The notes beneath the pieces were generated by a model, which was given only the letters and a program-made list of their open reading frames with translations, had not been told where the DNA came from and ran no database searches. Shown here in pieces: positions 9,419 through 18,456 of a DNA stretch of 32,000 nucleotides (position 1 is the first letter of the stretch; each line of letters begins with the position of its first letter). Source of the DNA: Candidatus Johnevansia muelleri (lineage in GTDB: Bacteria; Pseudomonadota; Gammaproteobacteria; Johnevansiales; Johnevansiaceae); assembly GCA_000953435.1 (NCBI GenBank), contig LM655252.1, forward strand, positions 60,001-92,000, in the 5' to 3' direction. The position numbers were made by a program, and so were the translations under genes.

Positions 9419-10660
9419 ATGCTAGATAATAAATTATTACGTAGTAACTTAGATAATGTTGCTGCTATTCTATTTACTAAGAGAGGTTTTTCATTAGATA
9501 TAAAACGTTTACGACAAATAGAAGCATTACGTAAAAAGTTATATGCTTATATTGAAGAATTAAATATTAATAAATCAAAAAATTTAAAATATATTAAAAT
9601 TTATATATTAAAGATTATAAATAAACGTATTAAATTTTTAAATAAAAAATTAAATGATTTAAATAATGAATTTAATGAAATTGTAATTTATTTTCCTAAT
9701 ATTCCCCATAATACTGTACCCATTGGAAAAAATAAAATAGATAATGTTGAAATAATTCGTGTTGGTATACCTCGTGTATTTAATTTTAAATTGCGTAATC
9801 ATATTGATATTGGAAATTTAAATGGTAAGCTTGATTTTAAAATTGCCTCTAAAATTACAGGGTCACGTTTTGTAATTCTGCGAAATAATTTGGCTAAACT
9901 ACATCGTGCACTAACTCAATTTATGCTTGATAAACAAACTATGGATCATGGATATGAAGAAATATATGTTCCATATATAGTTAATAGTAATTCTTTAATT
10001 GGTACTGGACAATTACCCAAATTTGGGAATGATCTTTTTGCTATTGATAATGACCAAGGTTATTACTTAATTCCAACAGCAGAGGTTCCTTTAATTAATA
10101 TAGTTCGCAATAAAATAATTGAGAATACTAATTTACCTATTAAACTTACTGCACATACACCGTGTTTTCGTCGTGAAGCTGGATCATATGGAAACAATAT
10201 TCGTGGTTTAATTAGACAACATCAATTTGATAAAATAGAAATTGTACAAATTGTTGAACCAGAAAACTCCTATAACGCCCTTGAAGAAATGCGAATTCAT
10301 GCAGAAGTAATTCTTAAATTATTAGAATTACCTTATAGAGTAGTTATATTATGCACTAATGATATGAGTTTCAGTGCAGCAAAAACTTATGATTTAGAAG
10401 TATGGATACCAAGTCAAAATCAATATTATGAAGTTTCTTCTATTTCTAACTGCGAAGCTTTCCAAGCACGTAGGATAAAAGCGCGATTAATTAGAAAAAA
10501 CAGAAAAAACCCAGTTTTCGTACATACACTTAATGGTTCTGGTATTGCTGTAGGCAGGTGTCTGGTAGCTATTATGGAAAATTATCAAAATGAAGATGGT
10601 TCAATTACAATTCCTAATATTTTACGTAAATATATGAACAATATTGATCGTATTAATTAA
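9419..10660 (+). CDS. serS: seryl-tRNA synthetase
   Basis: 413 aa. MLDNKLLR start, class II motifs TAHTPCFRREAGSYG, GLIRQHQFDKIE and TLNGSGIAVGRCLVAIMENYQ. Confidence 0.95.
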   Translation: MLDNKLLRSNLDNVAAILFTKRGFSLDIKRLRQIEALRKKLYAYIEELNINKSKNLKYIKIYILKIINKRIKFLNKKLNDLNNEFNEIVIYFPNIPHNTVPIGKNKIDNVEIIRVGIPRVFNFKLRNHIDIGNLNGKLDFKIASKITGSRFVILRNNLAKLHRALTQFMLDKQTMDHGYEEIYVPYIVNSNSLIGTGQLPKFGNDLFAIDNDQGYYLIPTAEVPLINIVRNKIIENTNLPIKLTAHTPCFRREAGSYGNNIRGLIRQHQFDKIEIVQIVEPENSYNALEEMRIHAEVILKLLELPYRVVILCTNDMSFSAAKTYDLEVWIPSQNQYYEVSSISNCEAFQARRIKARLIRKNRKNPVFVHTLNGSGIAVGRCLVAIMENYQNEDGSITIPNILRKYMNNIDRIN

Positions 10661-10684
10661 CCATGTGTTAATAGCTATAGTTAT

Positions 10685-11824
10685 ATGGATATTATTAAAA
10701 TTGAATATAAAGCACGATTTTTAGATAATCATTTAATTGGTGGTGGTTACCATGCGCTTGCTTTAGCCAACCATTTTGCTTGTAAATGTATACGTATCTG
10801 TTTACATTATAAATATGTAATACCAGCACTTTTATTAATTATTGAAAGAGAAAGATGGGAATTAACTAATTTACCACCTAATATTATTAATTTAGGTCAG
10901 TTATGGTTAATAGCTACAGGTAACATAAATGAAGATTTATATTGGTCCAGTATAGCAATTAAAGCTGGTATTATATTTTTTTCTACTGCTTATCCTGTTT
11001 TTTCTTCAATCAAAAATATATTTTTTAAAACTAAAGCAAAAGTGCAATTTAATGTTTTACGACATGGACATGTGAGTTTAATTGGTGCTGGACCTGGAGA
11101 TCCAGGACTTTTAACTATTAAAGCACTTGAACATATTTATAAAGCTGAAATACTTATTTATGATCGACTTGTAAGTTCTGAAATATTAGCATTGGTAAAT
11201 TTTGAAGCCAAAAAAATTTATGTTGGCAAATCTTGTTCCCAACATAGTATTTCTCAAGAAAATATTAATAAAACAATAGTAAATTGGGCAAAAGCAGGAT
11301 ATTATGTTGTACGTTTAAAAGGTGGTGATTCTTTTATATTTGGTAGAGGAGGAGAAGAATTAGAAAACCTTGTTATACAGGGAATTTCATTTGATGTAAT
11401 TCCTGGTATTACTGCTGCTATTGGTGTAGCTGCCTATACTGGTATAGCACTTACGCATCGTGATTATGCTAAATCTGTGCTATTTATTAATGGTAATTTA
11501 AAAAATGATAGTATTGATTGGTATAAACTTATTTCTGAACAGCAAACACTAGTATTCTATATGGGATTTAGTAATATTTATACTATTTGTACACAATTAA
11601 TATTATATGGTATGTCCCAAAATACACCTATAGCGCTTATTGAACAAGGTACAACAGCACAACAAATTGTCCATATTGGAACAATTAATAATTTTTATAA
11701 AACAATTGCTGGATTTAATGTAATATCTCCTACTATTATTATTATAGGTAAAGTAGTACATCTTCATAACAATCTTAAGTTTTTTTACAAAAACTATGCA
11801 CATAGTAAAATATTTATTCATTAA
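10685..11824 (+). CDS. cobA: uroporphyrinogen-III C-methyltransferase (SUMT) carrying a shortened, degenerate siroheme-synthase N-terminal module
   Basis: 379 aa. Residues ~130-379 (VSLIGAGPGDPGLLTIKALE, YDRLVS, RLKGGDSFIFGRGGEE, PGITAA, THRDYA) form a complete SUMT domain. Residues 1-129 are colinear with only the first part of the CysG dehydrogenase/ferrochelatase module (LIGGGYHALALA, LWLIATGN). Confidence 0.85.
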   Translation: MDIIKIEYKARFLDNHLIGGGYHALALANHFACKCIRICLHYKYVIPALLLIIERERWELTNLPPNIINLGQLWLIATGNINEDLYWSSIAIKAGIIFFSTAYPVFSSIKNIFFKTKAKVQFNVLRHGHVSLIGAGPGDPGLLTIKALEHIYKAEILIYDRLVSSEILALVNFEAKKIYVGKSCSQHSISQENINKTIVNWAKAGYYVVRLKGGDSFIFGRGGEELENLVIQGISFDVIPGITAAIGVAAYTGIALTHRDYAKSVLFINGNLKNDSIDWYKLISEQQTLVFYMGFSNIYTICTQLILYGMSQNTPIALIEQGTTAQQIVHIGTINNFYKTIAGFNVISPTIIIIGKVVHLHNNLKFFYKNYAHSKIFIH

Positions 11825-11829
11825 ATAAA

Positions 11830-12774
11830 TTAATTTTTATGAATTGGTGGACAACCTTGTATACATCGTGAATGTAGAATATTTCTATATTGGTTTGGGT
11901 CTTTAGGATTTGCTATAGGAGAAACATATCTTACTAAAAGACGAGAAATCCAATAGCGTAATGCAGTTAGACGTAACATATAAGGCAAAGCAATTTTTTC
12001 AAGTTCTGTAAAAGGCCTATAAGTTACATAATTATTAATTACATTACTATAACGTGATTCAATAATATTTCCATTTTCGTCACTACACCAATCATTAATT
12101 AAAATAGCAAAATCAAATAATAAATCACCTGTACAACCATTATAAAAATCAATTAATCCACAAATAATATTTCCGTTAACTAGTGTATTGTCTCTAAATA
12201 AATCACCATGTAATGCTCCTTTAGGCAAATTATTTTCATATCCAATATGTTTTTCCAATGAGTAAACTTGATTTATCATTAATTTTTTATCGTCTGGCCT
12301 TAAATATTCCAAAACCTTATAATGATGTGCTTTTATCCATAAAAGATCTCTAGGGTTAGGTCTTGCTACTTTATATTTTTGTGATATAAAATGTAATTTA
12401 CCAAGTGTTTCTCCAATAGCCGAACATTGACCAGATGTAGGTTTATTAGGATGTATTCCTGCTAACCTGTGAAATAAAAGTGCTGGACGGCCAGCTAATC
12501 TTTTAAGTGCAATACTACTTATATCATATAAAGGCCCTTTTACTGGAAGCTTATGTAATGATAAAAAGTCAAGTAATTCGATAAAAAAGGGCAATTCATC
12601 GTATTCACATTGTTCAAAGAGCGTTAATACTAACTGCTGTTGTTCAGTATTTATAAAGAATGTCGAGTTTTCAGTGCCGAGTTGTACATTTTTAATTTGA
12701 ATTAGTTTACCAACATCGAAGCGTTTAATAAATACAGCTACTTGATCGTAGCTCAATTGAGTAAAAACAGCCAT
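11830..12774 (-). CDS. thrB: homoserine kinase, type II (Pseudomonas-type ThrB, aminoglycoside-phosphotransferase-like fold)
   Basis: 314 aa. MAVFTQLS start, GTENSTFF, LPFFIELLDFL, HGDLFRDNTL and GLIDFYNGC are colinear with the Pseudomonas/Betaproteobacteria ThrB as I recall it. AGGA Shine-Dalgarno 5 nt upstream. Confidence 0.85.
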   Translation of the reverse strand: MAVFTQLSYDQVAVFIKRFDVGKLIQIKNVQLGTENSTFFINTEQQQLVLTLFEQCEYDELPFFIELLDFLSLHKLPVKGPLYDISSIALKRLAGRPALLFHRLAGIHPNKPTSGQCSAIGETLGKLHFISQKYKVARPNPRDLLWIKAHHYKVLEYLRPDDKKLMINQVYSLEKHIGYENNLPKGALHGDLFRDNTLVNGNIICGLIDFYNGCTGDLLFDFAILINDWCSDENGNIIESRYSNVINNYVTYRPFTELEKIALPYMLRLTALRYWISRLLVRYVSPIANPKDPNQYRNILHSRCIQGCPPIHKN

Positions 12775-12887
12775 AAGAATCCTGGATATACATAATAAGT
12801 TATTTTCATAAAATTATAGCATTTAATATTTTAATTAAAATAATATTTAATATTAATACACAATAAAAATTATTTTTTATAAATATA

Positions 12888-14210
12888 ATGTTTATTGATC
12901 GCCGTAGAAAAGCATGTCCCCAATTAAATTTTCCTATGTTAACTGGTGATGGTTATATAATTAGGTTATTTCCTTTATTATATCAAATTAATAGTAAAGC
13001 AATTAATAATATAGCTATTACAAGTTTACATTTAGGTAATGGAATTATTGAAATAACCCAAAGGGGTAATATACAATGCAGGGGAATTTTAAAAGTTTAT
13101 ATTAGAAAAATAATTGCAATTCTTAATTTAATACAAAATTATTATAATAGTATTTTACCTATAGTATTAAATCCATTAATTTTAATTAATGAAAAAAAAA
13201 ATAATTTATTAACAGTATTTTATAAAATACAAAAATTAATTAATAATAAAAATTTTTCATTACGATTATCAAAATGTACCATAATAATAGATAAAATAGG
13301 TGGTTTTGATTATAAATTAATTCAAAGTTATATTCGTTTAATATTAATAAAAGATAACATTTACATTGGATTATATGGAAATTTTTATTATACTCACTGG
13401 TTAGGTAATTGTGGAATATGGGAAGTACATTATATTATTATAAAATTATTAAAAAAATTATCTGAATTAGGTATTAAAAAATTCAAAAAAATAATTTATA
13501 ATATTCCTATGCTAATATTTAATAGCATAGCAGTACATAATATAGTACTTGACCCTGGTTTGCATAGAATATATTATAACTATTCAATATTGATAATATC
13601 TACAAAATTTGGACATATTTGTGCTAAAAACCTATCAATGTTAGCAAAAACATATCAATGTATTACATTGCTTCCATTACCAGAAAAAAAAATAATGATA
13701 ATAGGATTACCTATAATATTACAGGGGATATTAAAAAAATGCAAAATATATGATATTATTTATAACAAAGATGTATGTTTACATATTCATCCTTGTATTG
13801 GATATCCGAGATGTAAACAAGCTGTTTTTACCAGTCGTAATTTAGCTAAATATATGATTTCAGTAATGTCAATATTTGATTCATCTATAAATATTTTTTT
13901 ATCTGGTTGCTCAAAGTTTTGTTCTAGACCATCATTAATAGATTTAAATATAATTTATTATGAAAATTTTTATTATTTATATCAATTTACTTTAGCCGTT
14001 GTATTTGAAGGAATGAAAAATTTAAAATACATGATAATTATTAAATTTAGTAAAATAGTAATGTCAATTAACCATATTTTACAAATTTTAGCATATTATA
14101 TTAGTAAAGAACGTATAATTAAATATAAAGAGATTGATTGCGATGTATTATATCGCATTATATCAACAATACTTTACGATAATTTTGAAAATTATATTAA
14201 TACAAATTAG
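12888..14210 (+). CDS. cobG: precorrin-3B synthase (oxygen-dependent ring-contraction monooxygenase)
   Basis: 440 aa. N-terminus ACPQLNFPMLTGDGYIIRL...GNGIIEITQRGNIQCRG matches the CobG signature. A C-terminal Cx5C (codons 303/309) and Cx3C (codons 341/345) cluster of the nitrite/sulfite-reductase-like fold is present. The rest is heavily drifted to I/K/N. Confidence 0.8.
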   Translation: MFIDRRRKACPQLNFPMLTGDGYIIRLFPLLYQINSKAINNIAITSLHLGNGIIEITQRGNIQCRGILKVYIRKIIAILNLIQNYYNSILPIVLNPLILINEKKNNLLTVFYKIQKLINNKNFSLRLSKCTIIIDKIGGFDYKLIQSYIRLILIKDNIYIGLYGNFYYTHWLGNCGIWEVHYIIIKLLKKLSELGIKKFKKIIYNIPMLIFNSIAVHNIVLDPGLHRIYYNYSILIISTKFGHICAKNLSMLAKTYQCITLLPLPEKKIMIIGLPIILQGILKKCKIYDIIYNKDVCLHIHPCIGYPRCKQAVFTSRNLAKYMISVMSIFDSSINIFLSGCSKFCSRPSLIDLNIIYYENFYYLYQFTLAVVFEGMKNLKYMIIIKFSKIVMSINHILQILAYYISKERIIKYKEIDCDVLYRIISTILYDNFENYINTN

Positions 14211-14230
14211 ATATTTTTAATTAAATTAAT

Positions 14231-14869
14231 ATGACAATAATACCACATTATAAATATGAGCGCAATAGCCCAAATATTTATGCAAATTCTTTTTATATTA
14301 TTAGTAAAGAAACTAATATTAATAAATTTGATAATAAAGAACAAGATATAGTTATTCGTATGATTCATGCCTGTGGTATTATAGAAATAGTTGATAATAT
14401 TGAATTTGGTTACGATTTTTCAAATATTGCATATAAAGCTATTATTAATGGGGCACATATTTTATGCGATACTGAAATGGTAAGTCTCGGGATTATACGT
14501 AATAGGTTATCAAATAATAAGGTAATTTGTACATTAAATGATCATAATGTAAAATATTTATCAAAAAGTATTATTAATACCAGGTCTGCTGCATCTATAT
14601 ATTTATGGAAAAAAAAAATATATAGATCAATAGTAGTCATTGGTAATGCACCAACAGCACTATTTCATTTATTAGAATTAATTAATGATGGATGGGCTCA
14701 TCCGTATGCTATTATTGGCACACCTGTAGGTTTTGTGGGAGCAATAGAATCCAAAGAGGCTCTTGCTAATAATTTATTTAATATTCCTTATGTTATTGTA
14801 CGTGGCCGCATGGGTGGTAGTGCGATTGCCGCTAGCATAATTAATGCATTGTCCATCAAAAATTTATGA
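14231..14869 (+). CDS. cobH: precorrin-8X methylmutase
   Basis: 212 aa. RMIHACG, ILCDTEMV, NTRSAA, IGNAPTALFHLLELI, GTPVGFVGAIESKEAL and VRGRMGGSAIAA are colinear with CobH/CbiC. Ends in TGA inside the ATGA overlap with cobI. Confidence 0.9.
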   Translation: MTIIPHYKYERNSPNIYANSFYIISKETNINKFDNKEQDIVIRMIHACGIIEIVDNIEFGYDFSNIAYKAIINGAHILCDTEMVSLGIIRNRLSNNKVICTLNDHNVKYLSKSIINTRSAASIYLWKKKIYRSIVVIGNAPTALFHLLELINDGWAHPYAIIGTPVGFVGAIESKEALANNLFNIPYVIVRGRMGGSAIAASIINALSIKNL

Positions 14870-15588
14870 AATTAGGAATATTAATGGGTGTAGGTGTGGG
14901 TCCTGGTGATCCAGAACTTCTTACATTTAAAGCGGTTAAGGCACTACAAAAAGCAGATATATTATGTTTTTTTTCTAAATCAGGTAATCGCAGTTATGCA
15001 CGTGATATTGTAGCAGAAAATTTGCCATCAGCTTTGATTGAAGTACCATTTGAATATCCATTAACAATTGAAATTAATAGACATCATCCTAATTATAGAC
15101 GGATTATTTCTAATTTTTACGATATAAAGGCAGAAATTATTGCCAAACATTTAATGGCTGGCAGAAATGTGGTTGTCCTATCTGAAGGAGATCCATTATT
15201 TTTTGGTTCTTATATGCATTTACATATTCGATTAGCACATCGATTTAAAACCAAAGTTATTCCAGGAATAACAGGTATGTCAGGTGCATGGTCAGATGTT
15301 ATGATACCTATTTGTCAAGGTGATGATATACTTAGTATTTTACCTGGAACACTTGATGAAATAACAATGAAAAAAAAGCTTTTTAATTGCGAAGCAGCTG
15401 TAATTATGAAAATAGGTAATAATTTATATAATATTCGTAAGTCTCTTAAAGCTACCGGTCTTATTAATAAGGCAATTTATGTTGAAAATGCAACAATGGA
15501 TAAAGCAATATCAAAAAAATTAATTGATAAAATTGATGATATTGCACCTTATTTTTCAATTATTTTAGTACCTGGATGTAAAATTTAG
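14866..15588 (+). CDS. cobI: precorrin-2 C20-methyltransferase
   Basis: 240 aa. GVGVGPGDPELLTFKAVKAL, LSEGDPLFFGSYMHLHIRL, IPGITGMSG and PYFSIILVPG match CobI/CbiL. 4-nt overlap with cobH suggests translational coupling. Confidence 0.9.
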   Translation: MKLGILMGVGVGPGDPELLTFKAVKALQKADILCFFSKSGNRSYARDIVAENLPSALIEVPFEYPLTIEINRHHPNYRRIISNFYDIKAEIIAKHLMAGRNVVVLSEGDPLFFGSYMHLHIRLAHRFKTKVIPGITGMSGAWSDVMIPICQGDDILSILPGTLDEITMKKKLFNCEAAVIMKIGNNLYNIRKSLKATGLINKAIYVENATMDKAISKKLIDKIDDIAPYFSIILVPGCKI

Positions 15589-15622
15589 CACATAACCTTA
15601 ATTAATAAATTATTATGTAATT

Positions 15623-16402
15623 ATGTGTAAATTATTCAATTGGCTTAATAATAAAAAAGGTAAACTTAGTATTATAGGATTAGGACCAGGAAAATATATA
15701 TTTCGTACTTTACAAGCAGAATATGCTTTAAAAAAAGCAGACTGGTTATATGGTTATTATTCTTATATTAATAGATTATTATTAAATAAAAAAAAAATAT
15801 ATTCAGATAATCATTTTGAAGTAACTCGGGCACATGAAGCAATTATTAATGCTACTAATGGGAATAGGGTAGCAATAGTATCTGGGGGTGATTCTGGTAT
15901 TTTTGCTATGTCTGCAGTTGTATGTGAAGAAATTGATCAAGGCCCAGCAGCCTGGCGTAATTTATATATAGAAATTATACCAGGAGTAACAGCAATGCTT
16001 GCAGTAGCAGCTGCTTGTGGAGCACCATTAGGAAATGATTTTTGTGCCATTTCCATTTCTGATAATTTTAAACCTTGGGAAACTATTATCAGACGTTTAG
16101 ATATAGCAGCTAAAGGAGGATTTATTATAGCTTTATATAATCCTGTTTCTAATAATAGACCGTGGCAATTATATGCCGCATTTACAATTATTAGAAGACA
16201 TCTATCGCATAATACTATTGTAATATTTGGCCGTGCTGTAGGTAGAAAAAATGAAAAAATTATTTTTACTACATTAGCAAATTCCCCACCTGATTGGGTT
16301 GATATGTCAACCCTAGTTATTATTGGATCTGAAAAAACTCGTATAGTTAAACGTAATAATGGGCAACCCCCGCTTATTTATTCATCACGCATTATTTTAT
16401 AA
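15623..16402 (+). CDS. cobJ: precorrin-3B C17-methyltransferase
   Basis: 259 aa. LSIIGLGPG, VAIVSGGDSGIFAMS, IPGVTAMLAVAAACGAPLGNDFCAISISD and ALYNP are CobJ/CbiH blocks. Confidence 0.9.
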   Translation: MCKLFNWLNNKKGKLSIIGLGPGKYIFRTLQAEYALKKADWLYGYYSYINRLLLNKKKIYSDNHFEVTRAHEAIINATNGNRVAIVSGGDSGIFAMSAVVCEEIDQGPAAWRNLYIEIIPGVTAMLAVAAACGAPLGNDFCAISISDNFKPWETIIRRLDIAAKGGFIIALYNPVSNNRPWQLYAAFTIIRRHLSHNTIVIFGRAVGRKNEKIIFTTLANSPPDWVDMSTLVIIGSEKTRIVKRNNGQPPLIYSSRIIL

Positions 16403-16408
16403 TTTTTT

Positions 16409-17170
16409 TTATTTTAAAAAAATTTTTAGCCAATTAATTACATCATATAAATATGTTACTGTGGGAAATATAAAAGGTTTATAAGGACGCTCTATCATAA
16501 TAATTGGTATTCCAAGTATACGTGCAGCATTAATTTTAGGAAGCACACTTGTACCACCACTATTTTTAGTTACAATTACATCAATTGCTTCTTTTTTAAT
16601 TAATTTAATTTCATTTTTAATATAAAATGGACCACGTGCAAAAATAATTTTTGATTTAGGTAAATTTATTTTAGTATTAATAGGATCAATACTTCTTATT
16701 AAGTAAAAATGCTGTGGTACTTTTTCGAATATTTTTATTTGATTACGTCCTAGTGTTAAAAAAATTTTACTAGTAGGAAAATTATTAAGTACAATTAAAA
16801 CATCTTCTATATTTTTGCAATTAATCAATTTATTATGGGTATATTTCCAATATGGACGAATTAAATGTATTATAGGTATACCAGTAGCTCTTTTTACTTT
16901 CATAATATTTTGAAAAATTATTTCAGAAAATGGATGTGTAGCTATAATAACAGCACTTATTTTTTCTTGATATATATATGCGGATAATCCTGTACTACCA
17001 CCAAAACCACCTATACGTATATTAAAATATTTTACAATTGGATATATTGTACTACCATATAAAGACAATATTGTGTTAAATTTATTAAATGATGTAATTT
17101 TTAACAGTAATTTACGTGCTTCATAAGTTCCACCTAATATCAATATTTTATATGGTAATATAATAGACAT
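16409..17170 (-). CDS. cobK: precorrin-6A reductase
   Basis: 253 aa. ILILGGTYEARKL, RIGGFGG..GL, ATHPF and VTKNSGG match CobK/CbiJ. It is the only minus-strand gene inside the cob block. Confidence 0.8.
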   Translation of the reverse strand: MSIILPYKILILGGTYEARKLLLKITSFNKFNTILSLYGSTIYPIVKYFNIRIGGFGGSTGLSAYIYQEKISAVIIATHPFSEIIFQNIMKVKRATGIPIIHLIRPYWKYTHNKLINCKNIEDVLIVLNNFPTSKIFLTLGRNQIKIFEKVPQHFYLIRSIDPINTKINLPKSKIIFARGPFYIKNEIKLIKKEAIDVIVTKNSGGTSVLPKINAARILGIPIIMIERPYKPFIFPTVTYLYDVINWLKIFLK

Positions 17171-17208
17171 TAAGAGTTTTTTATTTAAATAAAATTAAGT
17201 AACATATA

Positions 17209-18447
17209 ATGTTACCATGGCTTTCAATTATTGGTATTGGTGAAGATGGCCTAAAAGGGTTAATAAAAGCAGCAATTATTGCTATAGCACAATCAAAAAT
17301 ATTATTTGGAGGACAAAGACATATAAATTTATTTAAAATATATGGTAAGGAAACATATAATTGGTCATATCCAATTGAGCAAGGCATTAAGCATTTATGT
17401 TATTTTAGAGGAAATAAAGTAGCAATACTTGCTTCAGGAGATCCATTTTTTTTTGGTATTGGTACAATTTTAACACAACGTATTCCAATTAAAGAAATAC
17501 GTTGCTACCCATCTATATCAGTATTTAGTTTAGTTTGTGCTCGTATAGGATGGACTATGCAAGATGTTGAAGTTATATCGTTACATGGGGGGCGTACACA
17601 AGAATGTATTTATCCTTATCTTCATGATGGTGCCCGTATAATACTATTAACTTATAATGAAACATCTCCTGCAATTATTTCAGCATTATTAGTTGATCGG
17701 GGATTTGGAAAATCAAAATTTATAATTTTAGAAGGTTTAAACGGGCCATATGAGAGAGTAAGAGCTATGACCGCACATAGTTTTATTAATTACAATAATA
17801 ATGATATTAATCCGCTTAATGTAATAGCTATTGATGTAATTGCTAATATAGAAATAATTACATTACCTTTAACTTTTGGTCGTTGTGATAATTGGTTTGA
17901 TAATAATGGCCAAATTACTAAATCTGATATTCGTGCTTTAACTATTGCTAAATTAGCTCCTAGAAGAATGGAATTACTATGGGATATTGGTGCTGGTTCA
18001 GGTTCAATCTCTATTGAATGGATGCTAATTCATCCATCATTAGAAGCAATAGCTATTGAGGTAAATGAAAAACGTGCTATAAACATAATGCAAAATGCAT
18101 ATAGATTAGGAGTAAATAATTTATGTATAGTAAATGGAGATTCAATGGATATAATTTATGATTTAGCTTTTATAAAAAAACCTGATGCAATATTTATTGG
18201 AGGTGGAGCAGGAGTAGCTAACACTAAAATAATATCATTTTGTATGAATATTTTACGACATAAAGGGCGATTAGTAATTAATGCTGTTACACTTAAAAGT
18301 GAATTAGCACTTATACGATATTATTATATATTTGGTGGTACACTAATACGTGTAGCTATTGAACAAGTTAGTTCACTAGGTAATAATTGGGGGTGGAAAT
18401 CAAAAAGAACTGTAACTCAATGGTGCTGGAGTAATATATTTAATTAA
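17209..18447 (+). CDS. cobL: precorrin-6Y C5,15-methyltransferase (decarboxylating), fused CbiE/CbiT-type
   Basis: 412 aa. PWLSIIGIGEDGLKGL, LASGDPFFFGIG in the N-terminal half. The SAM motif LWDIGAGSGSISIEW and IFIGGG lie in the C-terminal half. Confidence 0.9.
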   Translation: MLPWLSIIGIGEDGLKGLIKAAIIAIAQSKILFGGQRHINLFKIYGKETYNWSYPIEQGIKHLCYFRGNKVAILASGDPFFFGIGTILTQRIPIKEIRCYPSISVFSLVCARIGWTMQDVEVISLHGGRTQECIYPYLHDGARIILLTYNETSPAIISALLVDRGFGKSKFIILEGLNGPYERVRAMTAHSFINYNNNDINPLNVIAIDVIANIEIITLPLTFGRCDNWFDNNGQITKSDIRALTIAKLAPRRMELLWDIGAGSGSISIEWMLIHPSLEAIAIEVNEKRAINIMQNAYRLGVNNLCIVNGDSMDIIYDLAFIKKPDAIFIGGGAGVANTKIISFCMNILRHKGRLVINAVTLKSELALIRYYYIFGGTLIRVAIEQVSSLGNNWGWKSKRTVTQWCWSNIFN

Positions 18448-18456
18448 TAAATTTTT

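Noticed and set aside
9530-9700. The SerS N-terminal coiled-coil arm appears about 11 residues shorter than in E. coli.
   Set aside because: This rests only on my recollection of the E. coli sequence. Arm length varies among bacteria, and the catalytic motifs are intact. It is not distinctive without a proper alignment.
11830-12774. The kinase between the SUMT gene and cobG might be an L-threonine kinase for the B12 aminopropanol linker rather than ThrB.
   Set aside because: The protein is colinear along its whole length with Pseudomonas-type homoserine kinase as I recall it. Adjacency to cob genes in a genome this compact is weak evidence. The question would need biochemical or phylogenetic work, so the gene is left as thrB.
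12820-12860. AT-rich near-palindrome centred on TTAATTAA in the thrB-cobG spacer, considered as a possible operator.
   Set aside because: The arms match imperfectly (about 4 of 6). Palindromes of this kind are expected by chance in nearly pure A/T sequence, and I found no second copy that would suggest a motif.
14866-14869. Possible alternative genetic code (UGA read as Trp), as in some tiny symbiont genomes.
   Set aside because: All homologs are full length under the standard code. cobH ends at a TGA exactly where CobH proteins end, inside an ATGA overlap with cobI. The tRNA-Trp has anticodon CCA, not UCA.
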